64,000 bases of DNA from Escherichia coli (GCA_032372955.1 GCA_032372955.1_4725.1); one strand, 5' to 3'. Shown: positions 51,225 to 60,453, counted from the first letter of the stretch. Notes: a model not told the origin generated them from the letters alone. A program made the numbers and translations.

Positions 51225-51702
51225 CGACGAGCTGAAAGATGTTACGCATCTGTATTTGAACACATCGATGACGATTGATGAAATCGCGCAACGGACAGGG
51301 CGAACACGCGCCAGCGTCGACGCGCGTCTGGGGCGTTTGGGAATACGTCAACGTCAAAAGCATCGGCCGTATACGGAAGAAGAACGCACATACATCAAGT
51401 CGGTAATCAAACAAAAATCGCTGAGGGAGATTGCGTACGATTTAAACCGTTCGTATGACTCGGTTCGTCAGTTTATACGGCTTAATAGAATTCGTCGTGC
51501 GCTAACCAAGCAAGAACGGGAAGCGATTATCGCGTTTATCGCGGAACGACTTAACGTTACCCAAAATTGGAATGTTATCACATACGACGTTGTTGTTAAA
51601 TTTGGGATTACAACGAATAAACATGCGTTGTATCAACGTTGGTGTTACTACACGAAAAACAAAGGAGCTGCCTATGCGCAAATACCGTCGCTGGACAGAT
51701 GA
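51199..51702 (+). CDS. Myb/SANT-like HTH protein, tandem paralog 4 of 6
   Basis: WRDDELKDV plus SLREIAYDLNRSYDSVRQF. Confidence 0.55.
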   Translation: MGRSRPWRDDELKDVTHLYLNTSMTIDEIAQRTGRTRASVDARLGRLGIRQRQKHRPYTEEERTYIKSVIKQKSLREIAYDLNRSYDSVRQFIRLNRIRRALTKQEREAIIAFIAERLNVTQNWNVITYDVVVKFGITTNKHALYQRWCYYTKNKGAAYAQIPSLDR

Positions 51703-52204
51703 GGAACTCTCACGCCTCGAGAATTACGCGGACCAGATACCCAGACCACCGGTTAGTGAGCTGGCTGCTGTATTTCAACGCACAGAAAGCGCGATTAAGA
51801 ATAAGTTGTATATGTTGTTCCCTTCGATGAGAACCAATGAGGCATATACAGACAACGAGATTTCCTATATTCGCGACAATATCCACAGATACTCGGTTAA
51901 ACAACTGTCAAATCATCTTGGCCGATCGAGAGCGAGTGTCGCCTCCGTAATACGACGACTTAAGCTACGTCGATACGACCCAGATGAATGGTGCAAAATT
52001 TCAGACCGTATTACAGCACTTCGACGTGAAGGAGTTAACTGGAGGGAAGTTGCTCGCATTATCAGCGTCGAGTTCAAACGGGAGTATCGTCACACACATC
52101 TTTGTCAGCGTTACTATTATAACACACGTGGTAAGAAATGGCAGCAGGTAAAGAATACACAACAACCGAAATCGCATTCATACGCCGAAACGCGGGCGTC
52201 ATGA
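51674..52204 (+). CDS. Myb/SANT-like HTH protein, tandem paralog 5 of 6
   Basis: WTDEELSRL plus SVKQLSNHLGRSRASVASV; start ATG 51674 with RBS AAAGGAG. Confidence 0.55.
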   Translation: MRKYRRWTDEELSRLENYADQIPRPPVSELAAVFQRTESAIKNKLYMLFPSMRTNEAYTDNEISYIRDNIHRYSVKQLSNHLGRSRASVASVIRRLKLRRYDPDEWCKISDRITALRREGVNWREVARIISVEFKREYRHTHLCQRYYYNTRGKKWQQVKNTQQPKSHSYAETRAS

Positions 52205-52644
52205 CATCGAAAGAAATAGGTGAAGCGTTAGGACGGAGTCAGAGAGCAATTAGCGCGATTGCTTCAATGCTTAACATCAAACTGAGTCATCGTAATCGGA
52301 ACGATATTTTATCGCGGGTTGTCCATTTACGTGATGGCGAGAACCGTCGATGGCGGGAGATCATTACCATCATTCAGGATGAGTTTGATGTCACGTATTC
52401 CGAATCGGGACTACAGCGTGGATATCAACGCGTGAAGCTCACGACGATAAAGAACACCGATCCTACTCGTCTTCGTATGTTAAATGAAATCCATCGTTAT
52501 CGGCAATACGATAAACTTCCATGGAAAGAGGTGCAAAAACGTATCGAGGTGCGTTACAACAAACATTATCAAATCACAACACTTTGTCAAATGTACCGAC
52601 GTCATCGTAATCGACTGTTAGGTAATGAGGGAATTTTAGCATGA
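52138..52644 (+). CDS. Myb/SANT-like HTH protein, tandem paralog 6 of 6 (start uncertain, overlaps paralog 5 in another frame)
   Basis: YTTTEIAFIRRN plus TSKEIGEALGRSQRAISAI. Confidence 0.45.
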   Translation: MAAGKEYTTTEIAFIRRNAGVMTSKEIGEALGRSQRAISAIASMLNIKLSHRNRNDILSRVVHLRDGENRRWREIITIIQDEFDVTYSESGLQRGYQRVKLTTIKNTDPTRLRMLNEIHRYRQYDKLPWKEVQKRIEVRYNKHYQITTLCQMYRRHRNRLLGNEGILA

Positions 52645-53174
52645 GCATCAAAACAGTAGTTATTAATGAACGGCCGTTCTATTGCGTTATCGCCTCAACG
52701 GCCGCCGATCCACACCTTTACCCACATAAACGACAGATTCGTGAGCTGTACCGTATTCTCGACGACGTAGAATCAGAGGCATGGGCTACCACGTTTATGT
52801 TTGAGAATATCCCCGATTTAAAACGCGAGTACGATGCCTTAGAACTAGAAAAGCGTTTACCAGACACCGCAAAGTTGGTCGTTATGATCGACGCCATCGC
52901 TTCGATGCCGGTAGGCCTCTTGGAAGTGAATATAGAGAGCCATATGGGTATTCATGACGTTACATCGATTATTGTAAAACCCGAATATCGCGGACGTGGT
53001 ATCGGCCACGCCTTGATGAACGAAGCACGTAACATCGCTTACCAGTGCGGTGGGCATTCTATTGGCCTGGATGTTCGTGCCGATAACGCTGAAGCCCAGG
53101 CGTTCTATGAGTCTGAGGGTTTCACGGTAAGATCGTCCTGGTTAACATCGTCCGTAAAACAGAAAGGAGCTTAA
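52641..53174 (+). CDS. GNAT-family N-acetyltransferase
   Basis: Motif A VKPEYRGRGIGHALM and C-terminal AQAFYESEGF. Confidence 0.65.
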   Translation: MSIKTVVINERPFYCVIASTAADPHLYPHKRQIRELYRILDDVESEAWATTFMFENIPDLKREYDALELEKRLPDTAKLVVMIDAIASMPVGLLEVNIESHMGIHDVTSIIVKPEYRGRGIGHALMNEARNIAYQCGGHSIGLDVRADNAEAQAFYESEGFTVRSSWLTSSVKQKGA

Positions 53175-53175
53175 C

Positions 53176-53604
53176 ATGAGCTGGTTCGATCGTAAATTCT
53201 TCACGTTGGAAGAAGTCTTGAACCTACCTTGCGACGCGAATAAGGAAAAGATCGCCGACATGCAACGAATCGCATTAACTCACGCGATTAATGATGTCTC
53301 ACAGTTCTCTATCGGTGATCGTGTTGAGCTTCCGTTCGGAACCGGCGAAGAAGGAGATAACACAGCGGTTAAATTCGTTCCCGCTGTTGTCGTGGGTGTC
53401 CATTTCACGGCATCACAAGTCAGTTACGACCTTGCGATACCTATCGACGGTTGTGACTTGTTTATGGTCTTCAACAATTTCCGTGGTGATATGCGCACGA
53501 TAGACGGAAGCAATGCGACCGATTTCATCGAGAAACGTGTTGCCGAGGCGTTGGTGAAGAAAACGCTCGGTACGCCGAATCTTAAAGTTATTGAAAATGA
53601 ATAA
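53176..53604 (+). CDS. hypothetical protein
   Basis: ORF track. Confidence 0.6.
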   Translation: MSWFDRKFFTLEEVLNLPCDANKEKIADMQRIALTHAINDVSQFSIGDRVELPFGTGEEGDNTAVKFVPAVVVGVHFTASQVSYDLAIPIDGCDLFMVFNNFRGDMRTIDGSNATDFIEKRVAEALVKKTLGTPNLKVIENE

Positions 53605-53609
53605 TTGTA

Positions 53610-53637
53610 CCCTCCCGGCATGGGAGGGCTTATGCCG
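53610..53637 (+). promoter_or_regulatory. GC-rich hairpin followed by CTTATGCCG
   Basis: CCCTCCC GGCAT GGGAGGG. Confidence 0.5.
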
Positions 53638-53653
53638 ATAAAAAGGAAACAAA

Positions 53654-54304
53654 ATGAACGACGTTATTGCATTAGTCACGCAAGGCGAAACCAAAATGCC
53701 GTTGCCGTACCAGCAGCTTGCTGCTATCTTAGAACCAATGACGCACCATCAACAATGGATCGTGCGTGAAGAATATACCCAGCGCATCGGGTGGTCATTG
53801 TTAACCATGGATACCGCGCTCCAGTTAGCGAGCATCTGTTACGGGCGACGCGTCGCTGACCTGGGTTGTGGGACGGGTTACCTGACTTACGTGTTACGTA
53901 AACTCGGTGTTGAGGATATTACCGCGTACGACATCGCAATACATCCCCATCCGTTTATTGATGATATCCAGCAAGCGGACTACACAAACATCGATCTTTC
54001 ACAGTACGACGTTATTTTACTGTCGTGGCCACCTTACGACAAACCACAAGCGGCATTGGTTGCCGCACGTATTCAACCTCACCAGCTTTTGGTCTATCAG
54101 GGTGAAGGATACGGAGGCTGCACTGGAGATGACACCTTCCATTCGATGCTTCGTTCGGATTTTGCCTCTGTGGAAGAATTCACCGTTAACTTAAATGCAC
54201 GTCATTTGAACTTTTACGGTATATACGACTCATGGACGGTTTATCGCAAGCAATCAGAATTTACAAAACAAAAGGATGATTTGGAAGATATGCGTCATGA
54301 ATGA
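53654..54304 (+). CDS. class I SAM-dependent methyltransferase-like protein with noncanonical SWPPY motif
   Basis: Motif I VADLGCGTGYLT; downstream DVILLSWPPYD resembles amino-MTase motif IV (D/N/S)PPY but with Trp before PP. Confidence 0.5.
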   Translation: MNDVIALVTQGETKMPLPYQQLAAILEPMTHHQQWIVREEYTQRIGWSLLTMDTALQLASICYGRRVADLGCGTGYLTYVLRKLGVEDITAYDIAIHPHPFIDDIQQADYTNIDLSQYDVILLSWPPYDKPQAALVAARIQPHQLLVYQGEGYGGCTGDDTFHSMLRSDFASVEEFTVNLNARHLNFYGIYDSWTVYRKQSEFTKQKDDLEDMRHE

Positions 54305-54314
54305 AGGAAAAGAA

Positions 54315-55001
54315 ATGGAGGACCGTTTTATGTTAATCGTAACCAGCAGGCAGGAAGTATCCGATTGGCTTAACATTCATCTTAACGCTAACGCCTCCCC
54401 AGGGGGCGTTGTGATCAATCCCGTTTATAATGGGCTGCCGTTCAAAGCTCGATATGAACGAGGTGCGTTGGTATCTGCGAAAGTGAATGACGTCTCATTA
54501 AATCCGGAACATGCTTTACGCGTATTTCGTATTCCGTTAACGATCAATTATCGTGGTTTAGCAAAAGTGATGGTCGTTTCTGGTACGGTATGTAAATACG
54601 CTGAAGCGTCTATCGATGATTTTCATAATGGGGTAAGGCACTTTAGTGCGGTTGCTGTAGGTTATCCTGAAGCGGATCGGGTTGAGGTTATCGAACAGGG
54701 ATCTACAGCTATTCCGTCCGACGTGTTTAAACTGCGTTGTTTGTTCGAGACTTGGCGCTTAGCCAGCTTCAAACAGTCGCGAATCGTTCCACATCGAACA
54801 GTATCGGACGCGCTACGACAGCTTGATGTGATCGTCGCAACGTTAAATCGGACAAAAGGTATTTCTGCGTTGTTGTTTTCGTTGAACAGTCCAGAAGACC
54901 GTTCACGAACGCAGAATCCAGACTGTGTGTTCTTAACCCCGGAAGGAGTTATCCATGGTTTACCGAAGAAGTCTCTGGAAGGTAAGATGGCAACGTCTTA
55001 A
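54315..55001 (+). CDS. hypothetical protein
   Basis: ORF track frame; ATG 54315 with RBS GAAGGAAAAG. Confidence 0.55.
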   Translation: MEDRFMLIVTSRQEVSDWLNIHLNANASPGGVVINPVYNGLPFKARYERGALVSAKVNDVSLNPEHALRVFRIPLTINYRGLAKVMVVSGTVCKYAEASIDDFHNGVRHFSAVAVGYPEADRVEVIEQGSTAIPSDVFKLRCLFETWRLASFKQSRIVPHRTVSDALRQLDVIVATLNRTKGISALLFSLNSPEDRSRTQNPDCVFLTPEGVIHGLPKKSLEGKMATS

Positions 55002-55045
55002 GTGGTTATGTAAAGAGAAATGGAAAAAGATAAAGAGGGCTTTAA

Positions 55046-55645
55046 ATGACAGTGGTGAGTATTACTGAGCCGCGGTTTATCCGCGAAGTTATCGACCGTC
55101 GTCGATCGGTGATCGTTGCTTACGGACGAATGGAAAGTACCGCACCTCAAGAACTTTGCGTGCTATTCCAGGGGTGTTTCGTACACCGACAGGAAGGCCA
55201 TAAGGGTAAAATCGTTCCTGGTGATTTGATTAAAGCGATGCGTAAGATCGATGTTGAACAACGCAAGCTGAATCTGTCGCATCGTCTGCCTCCCCTCGAT
55301 GAGGCCGAAGCCAAAGACTTCGCCGATCGGGTTATGAAATCAGCTATCGTTCAGTACTTCGGAAACATGCCAAGCAAACGTAATAAAGCCTTACATGTTG
55401 AATCCGATCAGCTGCTTCATTGGAATTCGAAAGCGTTCCGATTCGAAGAGGTGTTCTTACCCACTTTCGGTAAACGGTTGGCGTGGGACTTTTCAACAGA
55501 GTATGTTTACAGCGGAGACATCCCGCCAGAAATACAACATAAGAAAGGGAAAGTACTAGAAGAGCAAACAGAAGCTGCAGTCATCGAACAGGTTTACCAG
55601 CGTCTGACATTCTGGTTGTTCGGACCAATACTGGAACCTAAGTAA
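55046..55645 (+). CDS. hypothetical protein
   Basis: ORF track; RBS AAAGAGGG upstream. Confidence 0.6.
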   Translation: MTVVSITEPRFIREVIDRRRSVIVAYGRMESTAPQELCVLFQGCFVHRQEGHKGKIVPGDLIKAMRKIDVEQRKLNLSHRLPPLDEAEAKDFADRVMKSAIVQYFGNMPSKRNKALHVESDQLLHWNSKAFRFEEVFLPTFGKRLAWDFSTEYVYSGDIPPEIQHKKGKVLEEQTEAAVIEQVYQRLTFWLFGPILEPK

Positions 55646-55723
55646 AACATTACATACACCAAATAACTTTTTAATACCGGGTAAATCCTCCTTATCTAAA
55701 CATATTTCAAAAGGACAGTAATC

Positions 55724-56170
55724 ATGCAAATTACAAAAGCAGAACGTATCGAAATTTTCAAAACCACAAAAACCAACGAACAGAATCGAATCGCTAACAA
55801 TACTCGACTGGTTGCTCGAATGTTGCGTGCGGGCTACGAGCAAGCCTCTCGATTTACCAGCCATTTAAAGCAGACTGGCATTGCTTATTACGACGAAGAT
55901 AAAGACATTCTGATTTACACCGGATGGATCGAAAACCATTGCTGGTGCGATCACGGACATGCGATAATGCACCTGCTCCCAAGCGGTAACGTTAGCGTAA
56001 CGTTTACATTAACGCCGTTGATGGTGCGTCGTGCGTTCCGTATGAATAACTTCATGGAACTGCAGGCGTACGTCCCAATAGCAGCAAAGATGGTATTACC
56101 GACCATCCACGATTGCACGGATATTGTATTCGATGGAAAAGACCTATCCATCACGTACTATTTAGATTGA
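55724..56170 (+). CDS. hypothetical protein
   Basis: ORF track; RBS AAAGGA upstream. Confidence 0.6.
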   Translation: MQITKAERIEIFKTTKTNEQNRIANNTRLVARMLRAGYEQASRFTSHLKQTGIAYYDEDKDILIYTGWIENHCWCDHGHAIMHLLPSGNVSVTFTLTPLMVRRAFRMNNFMELQAYVPIAAKMVLPTIHDCTDIVFDGKDLSITYYLD

Positions 56171-56177
56171 GGGAAAG

Positions 56178-57134
56178 ATGATGGCTGTGCTAACGCCCAG
56201 ATACTTCACCTTCGTTTGCGGTAATAAACCGAAATTTAGTTACAGTGATGATATCCATCGCATGCTACGTAACCGCGTAGCAAAAGCGTTGATTGCACTC
56301 ATTTCGGAGCGTTACGGGTTTGGTCTCGATTACCCCAAAGAAGGAGGTCGGCTGGTTGCTCCGTTACCACCGAATGATCATCCGATACACCCGTTATTGG
56401 ATACGGTGATTCTTCCCCTGTTCACTGAACAGACGCCCCTAACAAAAAGTTTATGTCGCCATTTGCTCTATGATTACAGTGTGCTGTGGGAGCCATTACG
56501 TACGATGCAACCACCGCGTAATTTAGGCGTATTTGACAAGTATGAAGTGTCAACCATTGTTAATCTGCTTGGCGGCGAACATGCTTTAGGTTGGCGCGTT
56601 GCCGATGAACTTACGATAAGTTGGGGGGTGAGTAACGTCACAGATTACGATATAGACCGTAAACAAATCTGTCTTTGGGAGCATACCGGCCCGACAGTGC
56701 AAGAACTGCTTGATATGCCCAATCTCTTCTACACGGGAGTGATACTGGGTTATCGGCCAGGGGATAAGGACTTCTACCTCGAAAATCATCGATGGTTAAC
56801 GCAATATGGGCACACTTTAACCTACCCAAAACTTGAAGAAATGGGGAATAATGTTTGGTGTATCCGTAATTTAGCCATTCTTCCCGATAACGAGCATTTT
56901 GCGAAAATACTTGCCGATAAAGGAGGCATGGAAGATATTTACAGCGTGTGTTTTGATTTAGGCATCGCCTGTGTCTTTCGTATCGCTGACGTCGGAGGGA
57001 GTCCGCGCATCGAGATGGTTGAACGCTATCGTTGGGCAGAAGGTACGATACCACCTGATGAAATACTCAAACTTTTCCCTGAGGTTGTGGTTAAACGGAT
57101 TAATGAGATCCAACCCTACTTAGCAAAAGCGTGA
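56178..57134 (+). CDS. hypothetical protein
   Basis: ORF track; RBS GAGGGAAAG upstream. Confidence 0.6.
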   Translation: MMAVLTPRYFTFVCGNKPKFSYSDDIHRMLRNRVAKALIALISERYGFGLDYPKEGGRLVAPLPPNDHPIHPLLDTVILPLFTEQTPLTKSLCRHLLYDYSVLWEPLRTMQPPRNLGVFDKYEVSTIVNLLGGEHALGWRVADELTISWGVSNVTDYDIDRKQICLWEHTGPTVQELLDMPNLFYTGVILGYRPGDKDFYLENHRWLTQYGHTLTYPKLEEMGNNVWCIRNLAILPDNEHFAKILADKGGMEDIYSVCFDLGIACVFRIADVGGSPRIEMVERYRWAEGTIPPDEILKLFPEVVVKRINEIQPYLAKA

Positions 57135-57150
57135 ATGGGTTAATACATTA

Positions 57151-57175
57151 ATTTTCACGGCTATATTACTTAGGT
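57151..57175 (+). promoter_or_regulatory. putative early promoter TTTCACGGCTATATTACTTA
   Basis: Third identical copy; followed by hairpin GGTGAAGC...GCTTCACC. Confidence 0.45.
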
Positions 57176-57242
57176 GAAGCAATGCAGTAATCAGCTTCAC
57201 CTTGAATTATTAGCAACCAATCCAATATAAAAGGATGTCAAG

Positions 57243-57560
57243 ATGAGTATGTTTAAAATGGCTGTATTCGCTATTCGTAATAATCGCGATATCTTAGGTC
57301 ATTTGGAAGCCGACGCGGAAGGAACATTGATTCGTTTCATGCGTCGTGTTAAAGAAGCCTTTGATAATCGCGAGTATCTCGTGGAAGTTGTTGAGGACCT
57401 TCCACCGAACTCGATGCGTTTTGTCGCTATCGATGGGTCCGCAACCGACATCCGTTTCATCACCGTTAACGGAACAATGATGATGTTTTCGGGCGATGAT
57501 ACTGTTACAGGGCTGTTTCCAATCGTAACGGTTCTGGGTCATTTCTTACGTGCAAACTAA
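57243..57560 (+). CDS. hypothetical protein
   Basis: ORF track; RBS AAAGGATG upstream. Confidence 0.6.
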   Translation: MSMFKMAVFAIRNNRDILGHLEADAEGTLIRFMRRVKEAFDNREYLVEVVEDLPPNSMRFVAIDGSATDIRFITVNGTMMMFSGDDTVTGLFPIVTVLGHFLRAN

Positions 57561-57563
57561 TCA

Positions 57564-57586
57564 GGCCCCCCTAAATGGGGGGGCCT
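57564..57586 (+). terminator. GC stem-loop followed by TTTATACC
   Basis: AGGCCCCCC TAAAT GGGGGGGCCT. Confidence 0.45.
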
Positions 57587-57620
57587 TTATACCGATTTTA
57601 TTTCAACGAGGATCTTTATC

Positions 57621-58043
57621 ATGAAACTGTTCAAAAATATCGCATTCGCTATCGTCACCACTCTGGCTTTTGTTAGCACGCAAGCACAGGCTAACTGGAT
57701 GGCTCGTGGGAATAACTGTTACGCCTACAGCGAAGACGGTCGTTATCAGATTGGTATCTCCGATCGTTCGCTTGTTGTCATGGGTCAATTTCAATGCCGT
57801 GCGCACTATCCGATGTCTGATACCGTAGGAATCAATGGACGTGTATACCAAGCATTGAATATCTGCAGTCCGGACATGCGTTTGATCCCGGTTATTAGCC
57901 TTGCGAATACAGATCAAGCTGCTAGCGCAATCGCCAGCCTTAAAGAAGCACGTCGTGCGCGTATTCGTGCGTTTAACGAAACCATCATCGTAAATACCGA
58001 TGATATTCAGGCATGCGCTAACAGTGTAGCGGCCGTACGTTAA
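57621..58043 (+). CDS. secreted/periplasmic Cys-containing protein
   Basis: Signal-peptide-like MKLFKNIAFAIVTTLAFVSTQAQA; several Cys in mature part. Confidence 0.6.
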   Translation: MKLFKNIAFAIVTTLAFVSTQAQANWMARGNNCYAYSEDGRYQIGISDRSLVVMGQFQCRAHYPMSDTVGINGRVYQALNICSPDMRLIPVISLANTDQAASAIASLKEARRARIRAFNETIIVNTDDIQACANSVAAVR

Positions 58044-58079
58044 TAGGTATTGTAACATTTTACTTTCGAGGAAAATATC

Positions 58080-58430
58080 ATGAAAACGTTAACTAAATTG
58101 TTTGTTGCTGTTGCTATTCTGTTCGGTAGTGTTGTCGGTTCAGCACAGGCTGGATTGCTGGATAGCCCAGAGGTTTACGATAAAGCAAAAGCAATCTACA
58201 TGGCCATGGAGAGCATGACGCCAGCAGACCTTGAAGAATGTGGTGTTGATTTCGGTACCCCGAAAGAACTTCCCGGAGTTAAGAACCCTACCAACCCCAG
58301 CGTGAAATTGAAAGTGGCAGACTTCGAAGTTTTCAACCCCTCTTTCAAGACCTACGCGCGGGTTCGTATACTTGTTGATCCAGCAACCGGTGTTGTTCAG
58401 GGCGGTGAATATCTCTATCTGGGTAAATAA
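58080..58430 (+). CDS. secreted/periplasmic protein
   Basis: Signal-peptide-like MKTLTKLFVAVAILFGSVVGSAQA. Confidence 0.6.
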   Translation: MKTLTKLFVAVAILFGSVVGSAQAGLLDSPEVYDKAKAIYMAMESMTPADLEECGVDFGTPKELPGVKNPTNPSVKLKVADFEVFNPSFKTYARVRILVDPATGVVQGGEYLYLGK

Positions 58431-58448
58431 TTGAGTAAGGACAATACG

Positions 58449-58658
58449 ATGATTCCAGCTAACCCTCTTTTAAGTATCAATCCTTTCCACAGCAATCCTG
58501 GTGTCGATCAGATACAACCTGCTTTTTTATCACAGTTCCGGGCTGATTATGATGGCGACACCGTAACTGGAAACAGTATCCGTCTGTTGAATCGCCGCAA
58601 GAAAGGTCCAGGTAAAGGCAAAGTAAAAATCATTCAACGTTTAATCTCTTATGTATAA
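58449..58658 (+). CDS. small basic protein with KKGPGKGK motif
   Basis: Track ORF trimmed to ATG 58449 with RBS TAAGGA; motif shared with 40034-40595 cluster. Confidence 0.5.
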   Translation: MIPANPLLSINPFHSNPGVDQIQPAFLSQFRADYDGDTVTGNSIRLLNRRKKGPGKGKVKIIQRLISYV

Positions 58659-58676
58659 ACCAACACTGTTTGATAA

Positions 58677-58716
58677 GTGCCGCCTACATATGGGCGGCAC
58701 TGCTCTGGTCTTTATG
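58677..58716 (+). promoter_or_regulatory. GC stem-loop followed by TTTATGTTG
   Basis: GTGCCGCC TACATATG GGCGGCAC then TGCTCTGGTCTTTATG. Confidence 0.4.
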
Positions 58717-58740
58717 TTGTACAACAGTTGTCAAGGAGGT

Positions 58741-58821
58741 ATGTGGGTACGTGCGTTGTTACTCGCATTCGCGTTAGTGATGTTTCTAAAATTTGAATCA
58801 TCGCTTTATCAGAAAAAGTAA
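58741..58821 (+). CDS. tiny hydrophobic peptide (26 aa)
   Basis: ATG immediately after strong RBS CAAGGAGGT; sequence MWVRALLLAFALVMFLKFESSLYQKK; below track cutoff. Confidence 0.3.
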   Translation: MWVRALLLAFALVMFLKFESSLYQKK

Positions 58822-58831
58822 GAAGGAGTTC

Positions 58832-59026
58832 ATGATGGGACATATGCTACTACGGGGATTAACGGGGATGGTTCTAGCATGGATGGTCATTGGGTTTTGT
58901 GGGATGATGTTCTTCATGGTCGATGAACCTGCTGCCCGAATTAACGTAGGGTTATGGTTCGTCTTCTTGATGATAGCGGTATTCGTTATCGTTACCTTGT
59001 TAAGGAATGTAGGAAAGCGCAAATAA
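58832..59026 (+). CDS. small two-TM membrane protein, holin-like
   Basis: Two hydrophobic helices and charged C-terminus RNVGKRK; RBS AAGAAGGAG. Confidence 0.45.
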   Translation: MMGHMLLRGLTGMVLAWMVIGFCGMMFFMVDEPAARINVGLWFVFLMIAVFVIVTLLRNVGKRK

Positions 59027-59042
59027 ACGAACGGGAAAAGCC

Positions 59043-59414
59043 ATGGGTTTAAAGACATACGCAAAAATCTATTTCATTTTCACTTTTATAATGATTGGGA
59101 TTTCTGCAGCGAATATCGATTTTGAAACAACGACGGAACGCGTTTATTACGTTATCCGAACCATCGTTTGTGTTATAGGGCAGCTTCCCCTTTTGTATAT
59201 TTGTACATGGTCGACGCGTAACATCAGACGGTTTGTCGTGTATGGGTTCGCGTACGTTCTTTTTATGCTTGTTATGTGGCAGGTCGATGCTCGACTGAGC
59301 GATATCGCAAATATCATCGCAACGGCGATTCTCAGTGCAACAAGCTGGTGTTTATTTTTACCGATGTGTCGACGTGTCGAGGATGAAGGTTATGGGTATC
59401 ATGGAGAATCTTAA
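59043..59414 (+). CDS. multi-pass membrane protein
   Basis: Four hydrophobic segments. Confidence 0.55.
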   Translation: MGLKTYAKIYFIFTFIMIGISAANIDFETTTERVYYVIRTIVCVIGQLPLLYICTWSTRNIRRFVVYGFAYVLFMLVMWQVDARLSDIANIIATAILSATSWCLFLPMCRRVEDEGYGYHGES

Positions 59415-59703
59415 GTTAACTAATCGCATCCTTGTCGATAGAGAAGTTGTTTTACGCGAGATACGAAGCGTGATGGCGATCTTTAATCTGGATCATCGAT
59501 CTGCCATTATGTCTATTCTCTTGAATAAAACAACCTTTAATATCCGGGAGATACGTCGTATTCACAACGGTATGGAACGACGGCATAAATTAAGCGACGA
59601 ACTCGTACATTGCGAGTTTATACCGCATCAAGTCTATCGACGTATTTATCGTGATCCATGCCTTCGGGATAAATACAACCTATGGCTCGACGGTAGAGGT
59701 TAA
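59392..59703 (+). CDS. hypothetical basic protein
   Basis: Track ORF trimmed to ATG 59392 with RBS GAGGATGAAGG. Confidence 0.45.
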   Translation: MGIMENLKLTNRILVDREVVLREIRSVMAIFNLDHRSAIMSILLNKTTFNIREIRRIHNGMERRHKLSDELVHCEFIPHQVYRRIYRDPCLRDKYNLWLDGRG

Positions 59704-59955
59704 CATCTTTGAGAAACTATATGAATTCAAACGATGTACACCTTTACCGCGTTGGATGCGGGAAATGGGTTCTGTTATCCAACGTTATGTTTATTGCCAA
59801 ACCAGAGGAGACCGTAATTTCAGTACCGTTTATTTCTGTCGTGGATGTCGGGCAAACATCTGACGCTAACCTGCTGCCCGCTGAATAGAACAACCCGATG
59901 ACGGGATGCGTTATCAAGACGCCAGTGGACAGCACCTTATCGTGAGGTTATTAAG

Positions 59956-60453
59956 ATGCAAGGTATTTTACACACGTTGATTTTAGGGCTTGTTATGTTG
60001 CTTATCACACCGTTCAGTCAAGCATCGGTGAACGCAGGACCTAGAATCGATTGCCGGAAAGAGATCGTCGCATGCGCTGTGTATATGGAAGCCAGAGGCG
60101 AATCTGTAAAAGGGCAATACTCCGTGGCGTTTTTAATACATAATCGATCTATGGACTACCGATTCCCTACGAACGTCAAAGACGTCGTACTGCAAAGAGG
60201 TCAATTCCCCTGGACAAAACAAAGGCGTATTGTCATACGCGATCACGCTGCTTTTGAGCGAGCAAGAGCAATAGCACGAGAGGTCGCAACATTACGTTAC
60301 ACTGACATTGCGGCTTACCATAAAGCCGACCCAACACGAGGAGCCGTATTCTTTAACGCGAAACATCTTCGCCCTAAACATTTCAGAAAACATGCTACCA
60401 ATATCACCGTGGTAGACAGCCACATTTTCTTTGGTAAACGACGTCACACGTAA
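59956..60453 (+). CDS. SleB/CwlJ-type cell-wall hydrolase with N-terminal signal or signal-anchor, candidate endolysin
   Basis: VYMEARGESVKGQYSVAFLIHNRS matches Hydrolase_2 core; hydrophobic N-terminus HTLILGLVMLLITPFSQA. Confidence 0.6.
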   Translation: MQGILHTLILGLVMLLITPFSQASVNAGPRIDCRKEIVACAVYMEARGESVKGQYSVAFLIHNRSMDYRFPTNVKDVVLQRGQFPWTKQRRIVIRDHAAFERARAIAREVATLRYTDIAAYHKADPTRGAVFFNAKHLRPKHFRKHATNITVVDSHIFFGKRRHT

